Of a DNA stretch of 64,000 nt, positions 1 through 14,560 are shown piece after piece. Within the stretch, counting starts at the first letter, position 1. Each line of letters starts with the position of its first letter. The DNA is from the human T2T-CHM13v2.0 reference genome, Homo sapiens. Under the pieces are notes generated by a model. It saw only the letters and a list, made by a program, of their open reading frames with translations. It had not been told where the DNA came from and made no database searches. A program made the position numbers and the translations under genes. The DNA lies in assembly GCF_009914755.1 (NCBI RefSeq), contig NC_060933.1, one strand, 5' to 3'.

Positions 1-305
1 GAACGAAGTCTGACCCAGGCCACGTGCGGAGAAGCCCCGAAAACCCTGTACTCTGTGAGGCAGCAGACACCCAGGCCACACGTGGTCACATTCCATTGCC
101 ATGAGACGCCCAGAGCAGGCCAGCCCGGGGATCCGGGTGCAGAGAGCGGATGGGACCAGGGAGGGGGTGATGGCTCCTTAGCGGGTAGGGAGCTCCTTAA
201 AAAACGTTTGGGAGTCAGAGGCAGCGCCACACGACCTCCGGCTGCACCGAATGCCACGGGGCTGTACGGTTTTGATGGATGTGAGTTTCAACTCAATTTG
301 AAAAA
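1..305 (+). mobile_element. Old L1M (L1MB-like) 3' UTR fragment, strongly GC-shifted
   Basis: Colinear with the recalled L1MB 3' end (ttccatt..atgaga.gcccagagcaggc...; atgtgagtttcaactcaat followed by an A-rich end). Confidence 0.65.
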
Positions 306-1268
306 CAGAAGGGGTGCAGGTCGCCCTCTCTGGGCGGCAGGCCCCACCCCAGCTGGAGGGGAGGTGATCTGCCCACAGGCTGTGGGTGGGGCTCAAACCC
401 GGGTCTCTAACGGCCAATCGAAAGTGCAGAGAAGCCACCCGGACTCAGTTTCCCCTTCCAAAATAGAGGTCTTGTTCTGGGGACCAAGGGCCTGTGTTCC
501 CGAGGGCACCCTTAGAGCAGGAACAGGCTGGAGGAGTCATGGGCGGGGTAGGGAGGGAGAGGGTGGTGGTGGGGGCTGAGTGGGGCCATTCACAGCTCCT
601 TAGGAGGGACAGCCCTCCACCCACATCCGGGGCGGCTGATGGCCTGAGGCTGGGCCTGACCCTGTCCCCAAATAGCTCCTGTCCCCTGCCATGTCCCTGC
701 GGCCCCTCACCCCGGGTACAGGCCTCTGTTCCCCTCCTCTGAGCTGGGGCGGGCAAGGGACCAGGAAGCTGGCCAGGCATGGTCTGGAGCCAGGGCCAGG
801 GCTGAGCTGAGGCCTCTGCTTCCTGTCAGGTCCCAACTAGCACTTGAACCCTGTCTAACACGGTAAGCACAGGCCCTGGACCCCTGTGGTGACCGCCTCA
901 GCCGGGACTGGGAGGGTGTGACACAGCCCCCATCCTGTGTCCTGGCCTGGTTGCCCCAGGCCCTCCTGCTGGAGGCCCAGGAAGATCTGGCGCCGGCCCC
1001 TGCACTGTTTGGTCACCATGTTCAAGCCCCTTCCCTCCTCCAGGCCGCTGCTCTCACTTCAGCCGCCTCTTCAGAGAACCTCCCCAGCCCTCACCCCTTC
1101 TCCCTGCAAGATAAATCCCCCGGCAGCCCTACCCTCACCTCCACGGACTCCTCCCTGCCCCACCTCGCAGGTGATGACCAACTCTCAGGGGGGTTGGGGG
1201 AGCCCAGAGCATGTGGGGGCTTTCACCCACTCGACACCAAGCCCAGGTTCCTGTTGACTGTCCAGGGC

Positions 1269-1982
1269 TGTATGTGTGCCTCTGTGTGTGCACTTGTGTG
1301 TCTGTGCACATGTGTTTGTGTGTGCATGTGTTTGTGTGTACGTGTGTGTGTGCAAGTGTCTGCATGCACGTGTGTATCTGTGTGTGCATATGTCTGTATG
1401 CGCATGTGTGTGCACGTGTTTGTGTGTGTGCATGCGTGTGTTTGCGTGTACGTGTGTGTGCATGCATCTGTGTGTGCGTGTGTGTCTCTGAGTGCATCTG
1501 TGCCTGTGTGTCTCTGTGTGTGCATGTGTCTGTGTGTATACTGGTGTGTGCCTGTGTGTATCTGTGTGTGCATGTGTGTGTCTCTGTGTGTGTACTGGTG
1601 TGTGCATGTATCTGTGCGTGCATGTGTCTGTGTGCATGTGTCTCTGTGTGTGTAGTGGTGTGTGTATGTGTGTGTCTCTGTGTGTACTGGTGTGTGCATC
1701 CGTTGGAGCATGTGTGCATGTGTGTGTGTCTGTGTGCACGTGTGTGCACGTGTGTCTGTGTGCATGTGTGCATGTCTGTGTCTCTGTGTGTGTACTGGTG
1801 TGTGCATGTGTGTCTCTGTACTGGTGTGTGCATGTGTGTGTCTCTGTGTGTGTACTGGTGTGTGCATCTGTTGGAGCATGCGTGCACGTGTGTGTGTCTG
1901 TGTGTACATGTGTGCATTGTGTGTGCAAGTGTGTCTGTGTGCACTGTGTTTGTGTGTACATGTGTCTCTATGTGTGTGTGTA
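1269..1982. repeat. Degenerate (TG)n simple repeat with recurring TGTGTACTGGTGTGTGCAT blocks
   Basis: Visible directly; source of the Cys/Val and His/Thr ORFs. Confidence 0.95.
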
Positions 1983-3129
1983 TTGTTTGGGTGGGGGTCC
2001 CCTGCTTGCTCTCAGCCCTCTCTTGGCCCGACCCTGCATCCCTGGGCCTGACAGCAGGTGGCATTGGCTTGGGCAAGCGGAGGGGAGAGGTGACTTCTGC
2101 CCAGGTGCTGCTGGCGCCCTCCTGCCTTCCCAGGCCTGTGGGATGGGAGGCTCAGAGCAGCCCAGAACAGAGAGGAGGGGAGGGCACCCCACACAGGGCA
2201 TAGGCAGCGAGCTTAGAGCAGACCCTTGGCCCTGGCTGGGCGTGCAGTCACCATGGCACCTGACACAGTCACGCCAGGGTCACACCAGGTCAGCGAGAGG
2301 TTCTTGCCACAGACACAGCGTCTCTGGACCTCTGACTCGGGTCCCCAGTCCCTAGCCCTGCTGCTACCCCCAGGTTTTGCTAGGCTGTGCCCGAGATGTG
2401 CAGACCTCCTGAACTATCAACCAGGCTGGGCAGTCAGGCCCCGGTCCCCAGCCCGGGATCATTGTCTGCCCCGCCCTTTTGTCCTCTGGCCTCCCTCACC
2501 AGGACTGACTCCCATTTTCCCCAGACTTTTTGGTGCCCCCTGCACATCTCTCCTTCCCTTGCTGGGTGGCCCTGCTGGAGCCCTTCGCCCTGTCCCCCAG
2601 GGGGCCAGTGGGCTGGCACTGCCCCACCCCGAGATGGAAGGGAAGAGCTGCCCACCCCGAGCTGGGGAATGAGCAGCTCCCGGGCCTCTGGGGGCCCTGG
2701 CCAATCCCCTGGCCCCGGCCGGTATGCTGGTTCTCAGTGCCTGGCTGCCAGGGCCAGGGACAAAGGGAAGGGTAGGGCCCTCACCCACTCCCCAGCCTCT
2801 CCACAGCCTCCACAGAAAACCTGCTTCCAGGACAGCACGACGCCCCACGGCTGGGACAGACAGGGGACAGACCCCTGTGCCCAGGGCCTCCTGGCTGCCC
2901 TGGCCTCCTTTCCCCTAGGTCCTGGCCTCTTCCCTCCTTTGTCCTCCTGAGGCCCCCACAACCCTCCCCTCCCTCGCCTGCCGTCACCCCCGGACAGGTC
3001 CCACCTCCCGGCCTTCGCACACAGTTCCTTCTGCCTGGTGTGCGTCTCCTGGGAGCCCGGGAGCCGTGGTGCTGACTCTGGGCCGGCCTCTCCTCCTGAC
3101 GTTTATCGGCCGCTCACCTCCCACGCCCT

Positions 3130-3236
3130 GGGAGTCGTTACCACCTCCCCAGTTTCACAGACGGAGACACAGGGAGTCGTTACCACCTCCCCAGTTTCAC
3201 AGACAGAGAGACAGACACAGAGACAGAGACACAGAG
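3130..3236. repeat. 42-bp tandem duplication plus short AGAC-type run inside a MIR-like fragment
   Basis: gggagtcgttaccacctccccagtttcacagac at 3130 and 3172. Confidence 0.85.
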
Positions 3237-5295
3237 CCCTGACACTCAGAGCTGGGGTCAGTCCCAGGCGGCCTCAGCCACCACACCGCGCCACGCCCTC
3301 GGTGAGGATCCAAAGAGCCAACATTCTAGGGGGCTGAAGGGCAGTGTGGGGGCTTCAGGGATATTCCCCACTTGGTCCTTCCTGGCTGTCCCCACTGAGA
3401 ACAGCCCTTCCTAGTCCCATTTCTGAGTGAGCTGGGGTTCCTGGAGTGAAGGCCATGGCTTCAAATGTAGGCCGGGGCAGCCTCCCCCGGGTTCCTCCTC
3501 CCCGTGTGGACAGCTCAAGTCCCTGCAGTCCCCTCCACCCTGGCCCTTCCCTGCTGTCCTGTGGGGTTTGCTGGGGAATCTGAAAGGCCTTGGAGGGAAC
3601 AGGAACCAGGTCCTAGGAGCCCGCAGGGACTTCTGAGCTGCTGGCAGTCTCCCCACGCTGGCCGAGCTCACAGCCCCAGCGCTGGCCCAGAGTGAAGGTC
3701 TGCACGATGGACCCCATGCAGCCGCCCACATGGCCTTCGGCCTGTCGGTCAGGAGGCCTCGCCCTTCTCACGTCCTTAGTGGATTTCCTCCCTTCCTCTG
3801 TCCCCTTCTGCCCCATCTCAGCTTCCCATCTCCCCCACGCCCTCCCCACCTTGGGCTGAAAGCAGATACCTTCTCAGGACGGGGTCTCCTGTGCCATTTT
3901 ACTGCTGAGACCACTGAGGCCAACAGAGTGGCTACAGGGTTGCTGGCAGTTGTAGCCACCCAGGTCAATGGCACTCCCGGGAATTGTGCAGTTTACAACC
4001 GGCACCACTGTGCTTGGCAGCTCTTGATGACTCCTACTTGGTGCTTAAACCTGGCCAGTCTCATCTCTCCCTACCCTCTGTGCTGACAGGCTCGAGTGAC
4101 AGCAAGCGTCAGAGGCTTGGGGGTGCGGGGCCGGCCCCTTGGTGGGCTCTGCCAGCATTCTTGGGATGCCTGTGTCCATTCAGCAGTCAAGGCACTCACT
4201 ATGCAAACATGCAGGGCCTCACACAATGGTCCCCGCCAGACTTTCCCACCTCCTCTCTACCCCCATTGTCCTTCCCTCTGGGGAAGGGCAGCATAGCCAG
4301 GAGGCAGAGACAGAGCCAGTGCCTTTCTGCAGGGCGGGTGTACCCAGAGATGAAGGGCCATGCACATAAGACACTGATGAATGAGGCCAGCGTCCCCAGA
4401 AACGCGGCCCTGGAAGCTGCCCCAGCCCAGGCCGGAGGGAGGGGCTGTCCCACCTCCCTGTCCCTCCCGCATCTCTGGACCTGAAGCTCAGACCCTGGGA
4501 ACTCCCTTCGGGTGGAGGGGGCTGGCTTGTCGGACCTCCCGCCTCAGCGTGGTCCACTCCCTTCCCTCCAGCTCAGTGCAGCCTCCTCTGGGTCTGGCCC
4601 CTCACAGCATTGCCCTTGTCACAGGAAATTGTCATCACCCACAGCTTGTCACCCTGTCCCTCTGCCAAGGTCTGAGTTTGAGAGCACAGGGCCTACCTTG
4701 CAGGGTTGAGCTCTGTCTGCCCAGTGCAGCAGTGTGGGATGAGTGAATAAGCAACCGGTGGGCCCTTCCCCATGAGGCCCTGCAGGCATGCTGAGCTTTC
4801 CACCTGCCCTGGGCACCTGTCTCTGCGTTCCGCCCCGCTCTGCGCTCTCTCACCAGCTCTGGACACCAGTGGGCACGGCTCCCTTCTCACCTGCAACGTG
4901 GAACTTAGAGACAGTCCCTTATCACAGCCCGAAAACCTCCTTCCTCGGTCTTTTCTTTGCTCGTCGAATATTCTGCTGTGCTGTGTGGCGTGCACAGGCC
5001 AGCGATGAGTATGTAGGTTTTTCCTGAGAAGCTAAGGAGCTGCGCTGCAATGACCTCGTCCCCAAGATCACCACAGGCAGCACGACTTCCTCGAAGCAGG
5101 GTCAAAGGATTCGTCCTTCTGAGAGATTTTTCCGAGTTGCCCTCTGTAGGGAGTGCAACCACTTACAACACTTGCTGGTCCCTGCCTCCTCCCGGTGCAG
5201 ACAACACCATGTAATCAAAGCCATGGCCAACCTGATAGGAAACACGCTGTCAGTGCCGTTTTAGTTTGCATTTCTCTCACCAAGAAGGAGGTGGA

Positions 5296-5708
<413 letters not shown>

Positions 5709-5867
5709 TCATTATTGATTTGTTAGAGCTCTTTCTAAATGAGAGAATTCAGCCCTTCGAGGGGGATAGAGTTCACAAGGAATTTCCCCGCTTGCCTAAA
5801 CAGCAGACTTTGACTTTGCTTAATGTGGTTGTTGCTACGCAGAAATTTTATTTTATGGAGTTGAATT

Positions 5868-6172
5868 CATTTATTTATGTATTTGAGGCCGAGTCTTGCT
5901 GTGTCCCCAGGCTGGAGGGCAGTGGTGTGATCACGGCTCACTGCAGCCTCTGCCTCCTGAGCTCAAGCGATCCTCCCACCTCAGCCTCCTGGGTAACTGA
6001 AACCGCAGGCATGTGCCATCACGCCCAGCTAATTTTTGCTTTTTTTTTTTTTTTGTAAAAACAGGGTTTCTCCATGTTGCCCAGGCTGGTCTCAAACTCC
6101 TGAACTCAAACGTCCACCCGCCTCGGTCTCTTAAAGTTCTGGGATTACAGGCATAAGCCATCGCGCCCAGCC
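5868..6172 (-). mobile_element. AluJ with target-site duplication
   Basis: ctcaagcgatcctcccacctcagcc (J-type); TSD tatgga(g/a)ttgaatt at 5854-5867 and 6173-6186. Confidence 0.92.
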
Positions 6173-6562
6173 TATGGAATTGAATTTATTTTTAAAAATT
6201 TATGTGTTGGATTTTTGTATTTTGCATCATGCTTAGGAAGGTCTCGCCTCAAGCTTCTAAAGATGCATCTTCTGTTGCTTTCTAGACTTTGTGGTTTTAT
6301 TTTTTACATTGAAATCTCAGATCCATCTGAAATTTATTTTGGTATGAGGTGTGAGACATTCAACTTTATTTTTTCTGGATGGCTCCCCGGCTTCCCAGGT
6401 GTGGAGGGGTTTTTGAATGATCTGTTTTTATCACTGATTTGACATTCTGTCTTTGTCACATGCCACATTCCTTATCTGTTTGAGTCTGTTTCTGGACTCG
6501 GCGCCGTTGGTCTTCGTGCCTATTCTTGTGCCAGTATCACTCTGTTTTAACCACTGTGGGGA

Positions 6563-6877
<315 letters not shown>

Positions 6878-6908
6878 ACATCCTCCCTTTCCTAACACCC
6901 ATCTGTGA

Positions 6909-7277
<369 letters not shown>

Positions 7278-7377
7278 CTGATAAGGCTGTTACACCTCAG
7301 CGTCCGGGACACAATTTGGTTACTTAGAACATCAGCAACGGAGCTGTGCTGCTCTACAAAGATCTCAGCGATGTCTG

Positions 7378-7447
7378 ATCCAGCCCCCTGTGGTACAGAT
7401 GGGGAAACTGAGGCACAAAGCAGCAGCGTGATCTGTGGAAGATCACA
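7378..7447 (+). mobile_element. MIR core fragment
   Basis: tacagatggggaaactgaggcaca core. Confidence 0.75.
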
Positions 7448-8727
7448 AAAGGAGACAGGGGGTGTCAGGCACAACCGTCAGCACCGGAGTTTATTGGGCA
7501 CCTCCGAGGGGCCGGGTGTAGGTGGAGTCCGAGGGGCCAGGTGCAGGTGGAGGACCTGCCGTTGTTGTCTGGTTTTACCCTCTCTCGTAAGGCTGGGCCT
7601 GAGTCCTGGCGAGAAGGGCAAGGCGCGGAGAGGCAGTGGACTGGCCTGAGGCCGCACCACCAGCGGGGCGGGGAGGACCAGGTCTGGAGCCGGGAGGTCT
7701 ACACCTCTGGGGTCTGCTGATCTCCAGCTCTGCTGGCCTGCAGTGTTTTGGCTGCTGGCCTCTGCTGGGAGCTGGGGGAGGGTGGGGTGGCCTGGCAGAG
7801 GCCGAGGAGCCCAGCCCCACTTGAATCCAAGGCCGCGTGTCTGCAGGTTGGGGGTATCAGGGAGCAAGTCCAGCCACCTGGAAGAGGAGCCGAGGCAGAG
7901 GCTGAGGGTCCAGACAGAGGCCTCCTGCCTGCCCAGCTCTGCCAGTCGCTGTCACACACCGATGCTTGCAGAGACATAACAGGGTGTGGAGGTGACCGGG
8001 TGGCCTGGCAGGACCCCCAACAGGCACAGTCACCCGGGATCCGGCAGAGGACACCTTGTCAGGGCAGGCCTTGTGTGCAAAAACAGGTGCCGCGGGCCCA
8101 GCCTGCCCAGCCTGCCCAGCCTGGGGCCCGGACTCCACAAGATCTGGGGCTGCACCCAGCCCCCTGCCAGCCCCCTGCCAGCCCCCTGCCAGCCCCCTGC
8201 CTTCCCTCCATTTTCACCACCACATGCTTCTCTCTCTCCTCGTTCAGTCTCCCTCCCAAAGCTTCATTCCTGCCCGTTCATCAAGCCGTGTTTGCACATG
8301 AGGTGCTGTGCCAGGCCAAGGACCTCACTGCCAGCTGGGCCTGGCAAGGAGAGGGGAACTGACTCATCCTGGGAGCCCAGGGTGGTGGGGCTTTCCCCAC
8401 TTGGGCCAGGGTAGTGGTGAGGAGGCTGTCTCCGGAGAGGCTGAGGTGAGGGCAGGAGTAGCGAGAAGATTTAGGGTCGTGGCAAGGCTGGCCTAGGCCC
8501 TGTGGGGTGGCAGGAGAGGGCAGAGCCCGGGACTCGGGTCCCCACTTCCAGCGGAGGCTGGGCTGTCAGGAGGGCCACACCCTCATCCACTCCTCAGTGC
8601 CCCCTCGTCCACTCCAGAGGACACAGTGGTCCCTGCCTCTTGGCCTCCCACCCTTGGCTCACAGCGCTCTGCTGGGAACTCCCCTCACTCCCCTTGAGTA
8701 ACTGGGGGCCTTTGTTCCCCAGAGCAG

Positions 8728-9310
8728 TGAGCCAAATGGTGAATGGTGGCCCCCAAGAGCCATGTCCACCTCCCAAGTCCCGGAACCTGCAGATGTGCAG
8801 ATGGAAACTTGTTTTTTTGTTTGTTTGTTTGTTTGTTTTTGGAGACAGACTCTCACTCTATCCCCCAAGCTGCAGTGCAGTGGCACGATCTCGGCTCACT
8901 GCAACCTCCGCCTCCCGGGTTCAAGCGATTCTCATGCCTCAGCTTCCTGAGTAGCTGGGATTACAGGCATCCACCGCCACACCCGGCTAATTTTGGTATT
9001 TTTAGTAGAGACGGGGTTTCACCACATTGGCCAGGCTGGTCTTGAACTCCTGACCTCAAGTGATCCGCCCGCCTCGGCCTCCCACAGTGCTGGGATTTCA
9101 GGTGTGAGCCGCCGCAAAGCCCAGCTGGAAACTTACTTGGAATTAGGGTCTTCGCAGTTGTGATCGAGGTAGGGATCTCCAGCAGATGATATTATCCTGG
9201 AGTACCTGGAAGGGCCCTAAATCCAGTGACAGGTGTCCTTCTAAGAGGTAGAAGAGGAGGCACAGACACAGAGAACAGGAGGCCACTTGGCAGTGGCGTG
9301 TGGAAATCTG
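8728..9310 (+). mobile_element. MLT1 (MaLR) LTR, partial, split by an Alu
   Basis: aatggtggcccccaa..gtcc..cccggaacctg; gggccctaaatccagtgacaggtgtccttctaagag. Confidence 0.8.
8811..9125 (-). mobile_element. AluS (Sz/Sx-like) inserted in MLT1
   Basis: Full antisense Alu; TSD tggaaactt at 8802-8810 and 9126-9134. Confidence 0.95.
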
Positions 9311-9589
9311 AGTAGACAGTGGCTGAGGCTTCCCCCGTGCCTGTCGGCCCCATCCAGGCTCCAGGAAGAAGGAGGTGTCTGTCCTTTTCTCTCTCACGCT
9401 GTGTCCTCAGCACCTAGAACGTAACAGGTATTTGTCTGCGGATGGACACAAAAAGAGGCGAGACTGGATCAGAGATCCCAGCGAGCAGCGCCCAGGCTCC
9501 AGGGCCGGAGGAGCTGCGGGGCTCGGACAAACCCCAGGTGCTGGTGGCATCACCGCGGGCTCCTTTGACTTCAAGACCCATAAGTGTAA

Positions 9590-9939
<350 letters not shown>

Positions 9940-11570
9940 CTAAAGAAGTAATCCCATAAACTGGAGGTAAATCTGCGCAAGAACGCGGGCTTTGGTTAAG
10001 ATGGTTTTGGACAGGTGGAAACCAGCCAGCTCTGACGGTTCCAGCATGGGAGTGTGTGGCACGTAGGCATCCCTGTCGTGACCATGCAGTCATCGCGCTG
10101 CGCTGCTGGCCTGGCACCTCCCGGATACCAAACACCCAGACAGCACCTCCTGCTGAAATCCCCACAAACACGGCCGGGGGACACTGAGGCCCAGAGGGTG
10201 GGGTGTGGGGGTGGCCTCGGGGCATGAGCCAGGCTCTGGGCCCCTCCCCACACCGGGGCTAGCTGGCTAGCTATTTCTCTTCCTGAGTGATGAGAACTTC
10301 GAGGCAGGGACGTTCTCTGAAAAGCCAGATACAACCTGAGCCCGCTGTGGTGCAGCAGTCGAGCCGCCGGGCGCCCCCACCGCTGTGGCCCAGGAGCCCT
10401 GCGCTGGGGAACCCTGATTTCCTGGCGGGAGGCTGTGTCTGTGGGACTCTGATTCACAATAGCGGGAAGATTCAAAGTGACAGGGTGAGGCTGTCAGTCC
10501 CAAGCCATGTCCCCTGAGAACACCATCAACCTGGAGTGTAAAATGTGACAAGGAAGAGGCTGGAAGGGGCCGCCCTCCCATCCCACTCCCCGGGGTCCGT
10601 GGGGCAGACCTTCACCTGCAAGTTTGCAGCCTGGACCAGGCAGCTTCTCAGGAAGCCCAGCCGGGAAGCTCTGTTGGGGAGCACTCTCCCCACCCAGCAA
10701 CGTTCAGGGGCCTGGCCTGGGGCGGGGCCTGTAGTCAGAGGTCCCCGAGGCTGGGGGCCCACATGAGCCCAGCAGGGACTGCCATTCCCAAAGAAGTTAT
10801 TTTTATGCCATAAGTGCTTGTGGGAAAGTGAGGGGGACCCATGGGAGGCAAGGGAAACATTGAGACCCCAGTCACGGGCAAGAAGGAAGGAACTGTTTGC
10901 TCCAATGAGGCTGCGCCCACCCCAGCCTGGGGAGGGACATGTGGGCGGGGCACCACAGGAGGAACAAGCTGGCCTTCTCCCACCTGGCTGAATGCCAGGG
11001 GTCAGGGGGAGGGTGGTGGCCCCACATCACAGGGCCCCTGGTCCTCCCAGGGGATGTGGCTGGGCGCTGGGGGAGGGGCTTGGAGCTCCACACTGGGGCC
11101 AGGCGCCTGGCCTCCGAAGATGTGGGGTCTCTGGGACCCTCACCTCTGCCTTTAGCTCCGATTCAGGGCTCATTCTGGCCACTGAGCATGGCCGGGGATG
11201 GGGGCCCTGCCCCACACACTGGGTGCTGAAATGAGCCTGTTCAGACAGGACCCACGCAGTTTGTCTCCCTCAAAATCCAGGTGCCTCCTTCAGTTCCCAG
11301 CTGTGTTGAGCCACCTGGGGCCCAGGGCAGCCCTGGCAGGGCAGGGATGGTGTCTGCCCAGCTCTGCCTTCGGCCAGGCCCCCAGACCGTTTGAGGCTTC
11401 AGCCTCAAACCGGGACCTCCAGCAGGGTGAGCCTCCTGCAGGCAGTGCTCTTCCCCTGCGCTCACCTGCAGCCTCTGGGGCCCAACCCAAGACCCGCTTA
11501 GAAGGTAGCACATCCTGCTGGGAATACCCGCCCCTGCCTGGGCCTCCCCTCCCTCACCCCTACCTCTCCT

Positions 11571-13826
11571 TCACTCAGTCACTCGCTCGCTCACTCATTC
11601 ACTCACTCCTTCACTCAATCACTCACTCACTCACTCATTCACTCACTCATTCACTCATTCACTCACTCATTCACTCCTTCGCTCATTCATTCACTCACTC
11701 ATTTACTCACTCATTCATTCACTCACCCACTCATTCACTCACTTGCTCATTCACTCACTCACTCATTCCCTCACTCATTCTCTCTCACTCCCTGACTCAT
11801 TCACTCACTCACTCATTCCCTCACTCACTCATTCCCTCACTCATTCCCTCACTCATTCTCTCACTCACTCCCTGACTCATTCACTCACTCACTCATTCAC
11901 TCACTTATTCCCTCATTCATTCACTCATTCACTCACTCATTCACTCATTCACTCGTTCACTTACTCACTCACTCACTCGTTCACTCACTCATTCACTCAC
12001 TCACTCACTCGTTCACTCATTCACTCACTCACTCACTCGTTCACTCACTCACTCACTCACTCGTTCACTCACTCACTCACTCATTCACTCACTCATTCAC
12101 TCACTCACTCGTTCACTCACTCATTCACTCACTCACTCGTTCACTCACTCATTCACTCACTCACTCACTCGTTCACTCACTCACTCATTCCCTCACTCAC
12201 TCGTTCACTCACTCACTTATTTGCTCACTCATTCACTCACTCACTCATTCACTCATTCCCTCATTCACTCACTCACTCACTCGTTCACTCACTCACTCAT
12301 TCCCTCACTCACTCGTTCACTCACTCACTTATTCGCTCACTCATTCACTCACTCACTCATTCACTCATTCCCTCATTCATTCACTCATTCCCTCACTCAC
12401 TCATTCACTCACTCACTCACTCATTCGCTCGTTCACTCACTCACTCATTTGCTCGTTCACTCACTCACTCATTTGCTCACTCACTCACTCATTCACTCAC
12501 TCACTCATTCACTCACTCATTCACTCACTCACTCATTCACTCACTCATTCACTCACTCACTCATTCCCTCACTCACTCATTCACTCACTCACTCATTCGC
12601 TCGTTCACTCACTCACTCATTTGCTCATTCACTCACTCACTCATTTGCTCACTCACTCATTCACTCATTCACTCATTCCCTCATTCATTCACTCACTCAT
12701 TCACTCACTCATTCACTCGTTCACTCACTCACTCACTCGTTCACTCACTCACTCATTCACTCATTCACTTGTTCACTCACTCACTCATTCACTCACTCAT
12801 TCACTCACCCACTCATTCACTCACTCACTCATTCACTCACTCATTCACTCACTCACTCATTCCCTCACTCACCCATTCACTCACTCACTCACTCACTCAT
12901 TCACTCACTCACTCACTCATTCACTCACTCATTCCCTCATTCATTCACTCATTCACTCACTCACTCACTCATTCACTCATTCACTCACTCATTCACTCAC
13001 TCATTCACTCACTCATTCACTCGCTTACTCACTCACTCGCTCACTTACTCATTCACTTGCTCACTCACTCGCTCACTTACTCGTTCACTCACTCACTCCC
13101 TCGCTCATTCACTCCCTCGCTCCCTCACTCACTCGCTAACTTACTCATTCACTCACTCACTCACTCCCTTGCTCATTCACTCCCTCACTCACCCACTCTC
13201 TCACTCTTCAATCACTCACTCATTCACGCATTCATTCACTCACTCATTCACTCACTCATTCGCTCACTCACTCATTCACTCACTCACTCATTCACTCGCT
13301 CATTCACTCACTCACTCATTCACTCGCTCATTCACTCACTCACTCATTTACTCACTCACTCATTCAGTCCTTCACTCACTCACTCAGTCATTCAGTCACT
13401 CACTCACTTATTCACTCATTCACTCATTCACTCACTCATTCACTCTTTCATTCACTCACTCATTCATTTGCTCACTCCTTCAGTCACTCACTCACCCACA
13501 CACTCACCCACTCACTCACCCACTCATTCACTCAATCACTCATTCACTCGCTCATTGACTCTCAGTCAGTCACTCACTCATTCACTCACTCATTCATTCA
13601 TTTGCTCACTCATTCATTCACTAACTCACCCACTCATTCACAAACTCATTCACTCATACACTCACTCATTCACTCTCACTTATTCAGTTGCTCACTCACC
13701 CACTCACTCATTCACTCACTCACTTGCTCATTTACTCACTGAATCACTCACCCATTCACTTACTCATTCAGTCACTCACTCATTTGCTCACTCATTCATT
13801 CACTCATTCGTCCATCCATTTATTCA
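11571..13826. repeat. About 2.25-kb (TCAC/TCAT)n tetranucleotide array
   Basis: Visible directly; internal 112-bp higher-order duplication at 12170 and 12282. Confidence 0.98.
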
Positions 13827-13870
13827 ACAGATGTTGTCTGAGCCCAGCTGTACACCAGACACAGAGATAA
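13805..13870 (-). mobile_element. L2 3' end fragment
   Basis: catttattcaacagatgttgtctgagcccagctgtacaccagacac resembles the antisense L2 tail (cattcaacaaatatttattgagcacctactatgtgccaggcac). Confidence 0.6.
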
Positions 13871-14460
13871 GGGAGGTAGGGAGACAGGAAAAAGGGAGGA
13901 AGGAGGGAGCCTCATGGCATAGGAACCAACTGACCGCCTCTGTATCCAGTGCCCTGTGGGCTGTTGCAGGCAGGAGGCACTGGATGTTCCTGGGGAAGGT
14001 TGCCACCCGTGTCACAGGTGGGGCCAGGCCTGCCGTGTGGCCCACTGGCCCCTGTGGCTGTTCTTCTGCACTTGAGTCTCTCCTGGTAGGCACCATGCAC
14101 CGTGGAAGCCTGAAACGGGTCCTGGGACAGCAGGACAGGGCAGCGTGTGTTTCTGAGGCCTCTCAGCTCCCTGAGACATAGGTGGGCAAAGGGGACACTG
14201 CCAGCCACACCTTCCTGGCCTTGCCCTTAAGGTGCCTGGAGTCAGGTGCTTCGTCTCCAGAGAGACCCAGGGATGGGCCAAGCATGAGCTGCCCCTGACC
14301 CACTGGGCACCTGTCACTGAGGGAGGGCCACCCCCCACTATCCTGGCCCAGCTCAGGGAAGCCCACCTATGCCTCCTTGGGTTCCCAGCCACGCTGAGCC
14401 ACCTGGGGCCTTCGATAGCCAAGACAGTGCTTGGCAGGGTGGGGCAGAGATGGAGTGTGT

Positions 14461-14560
14461 CTGCATCCACCTGTGCCTGCCTGTGCCCAACTGTGCCAAC
14501 CTGTGTCTGCCTGTGCCCACCTGTACTCACCTGTGCCTACCCATGCCCATTGTGCCTGCC
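14461..14560. repeat. Degenerate 10-bp tandem repeat (CTGTGCCYAC), about 10 copies
   Basis: Visible 10-bp periodicity. Confidence 0.8.

Noticed and set aside
1135-2355. Cys-rich ORFs resembling metallothionein or keratin-associated proteins (also at 17.8, 32.5 and 63 kb)
   Set aside because: Artefacts of TG/CA-rich repeats.
11743-14181. 812-aa ORF and overlapping 445-aa and 172-aa ORFs
   Set aside because: Translation of the TCAC repeat, which lacks stop codons on this strand; TTG start; several frames are open.
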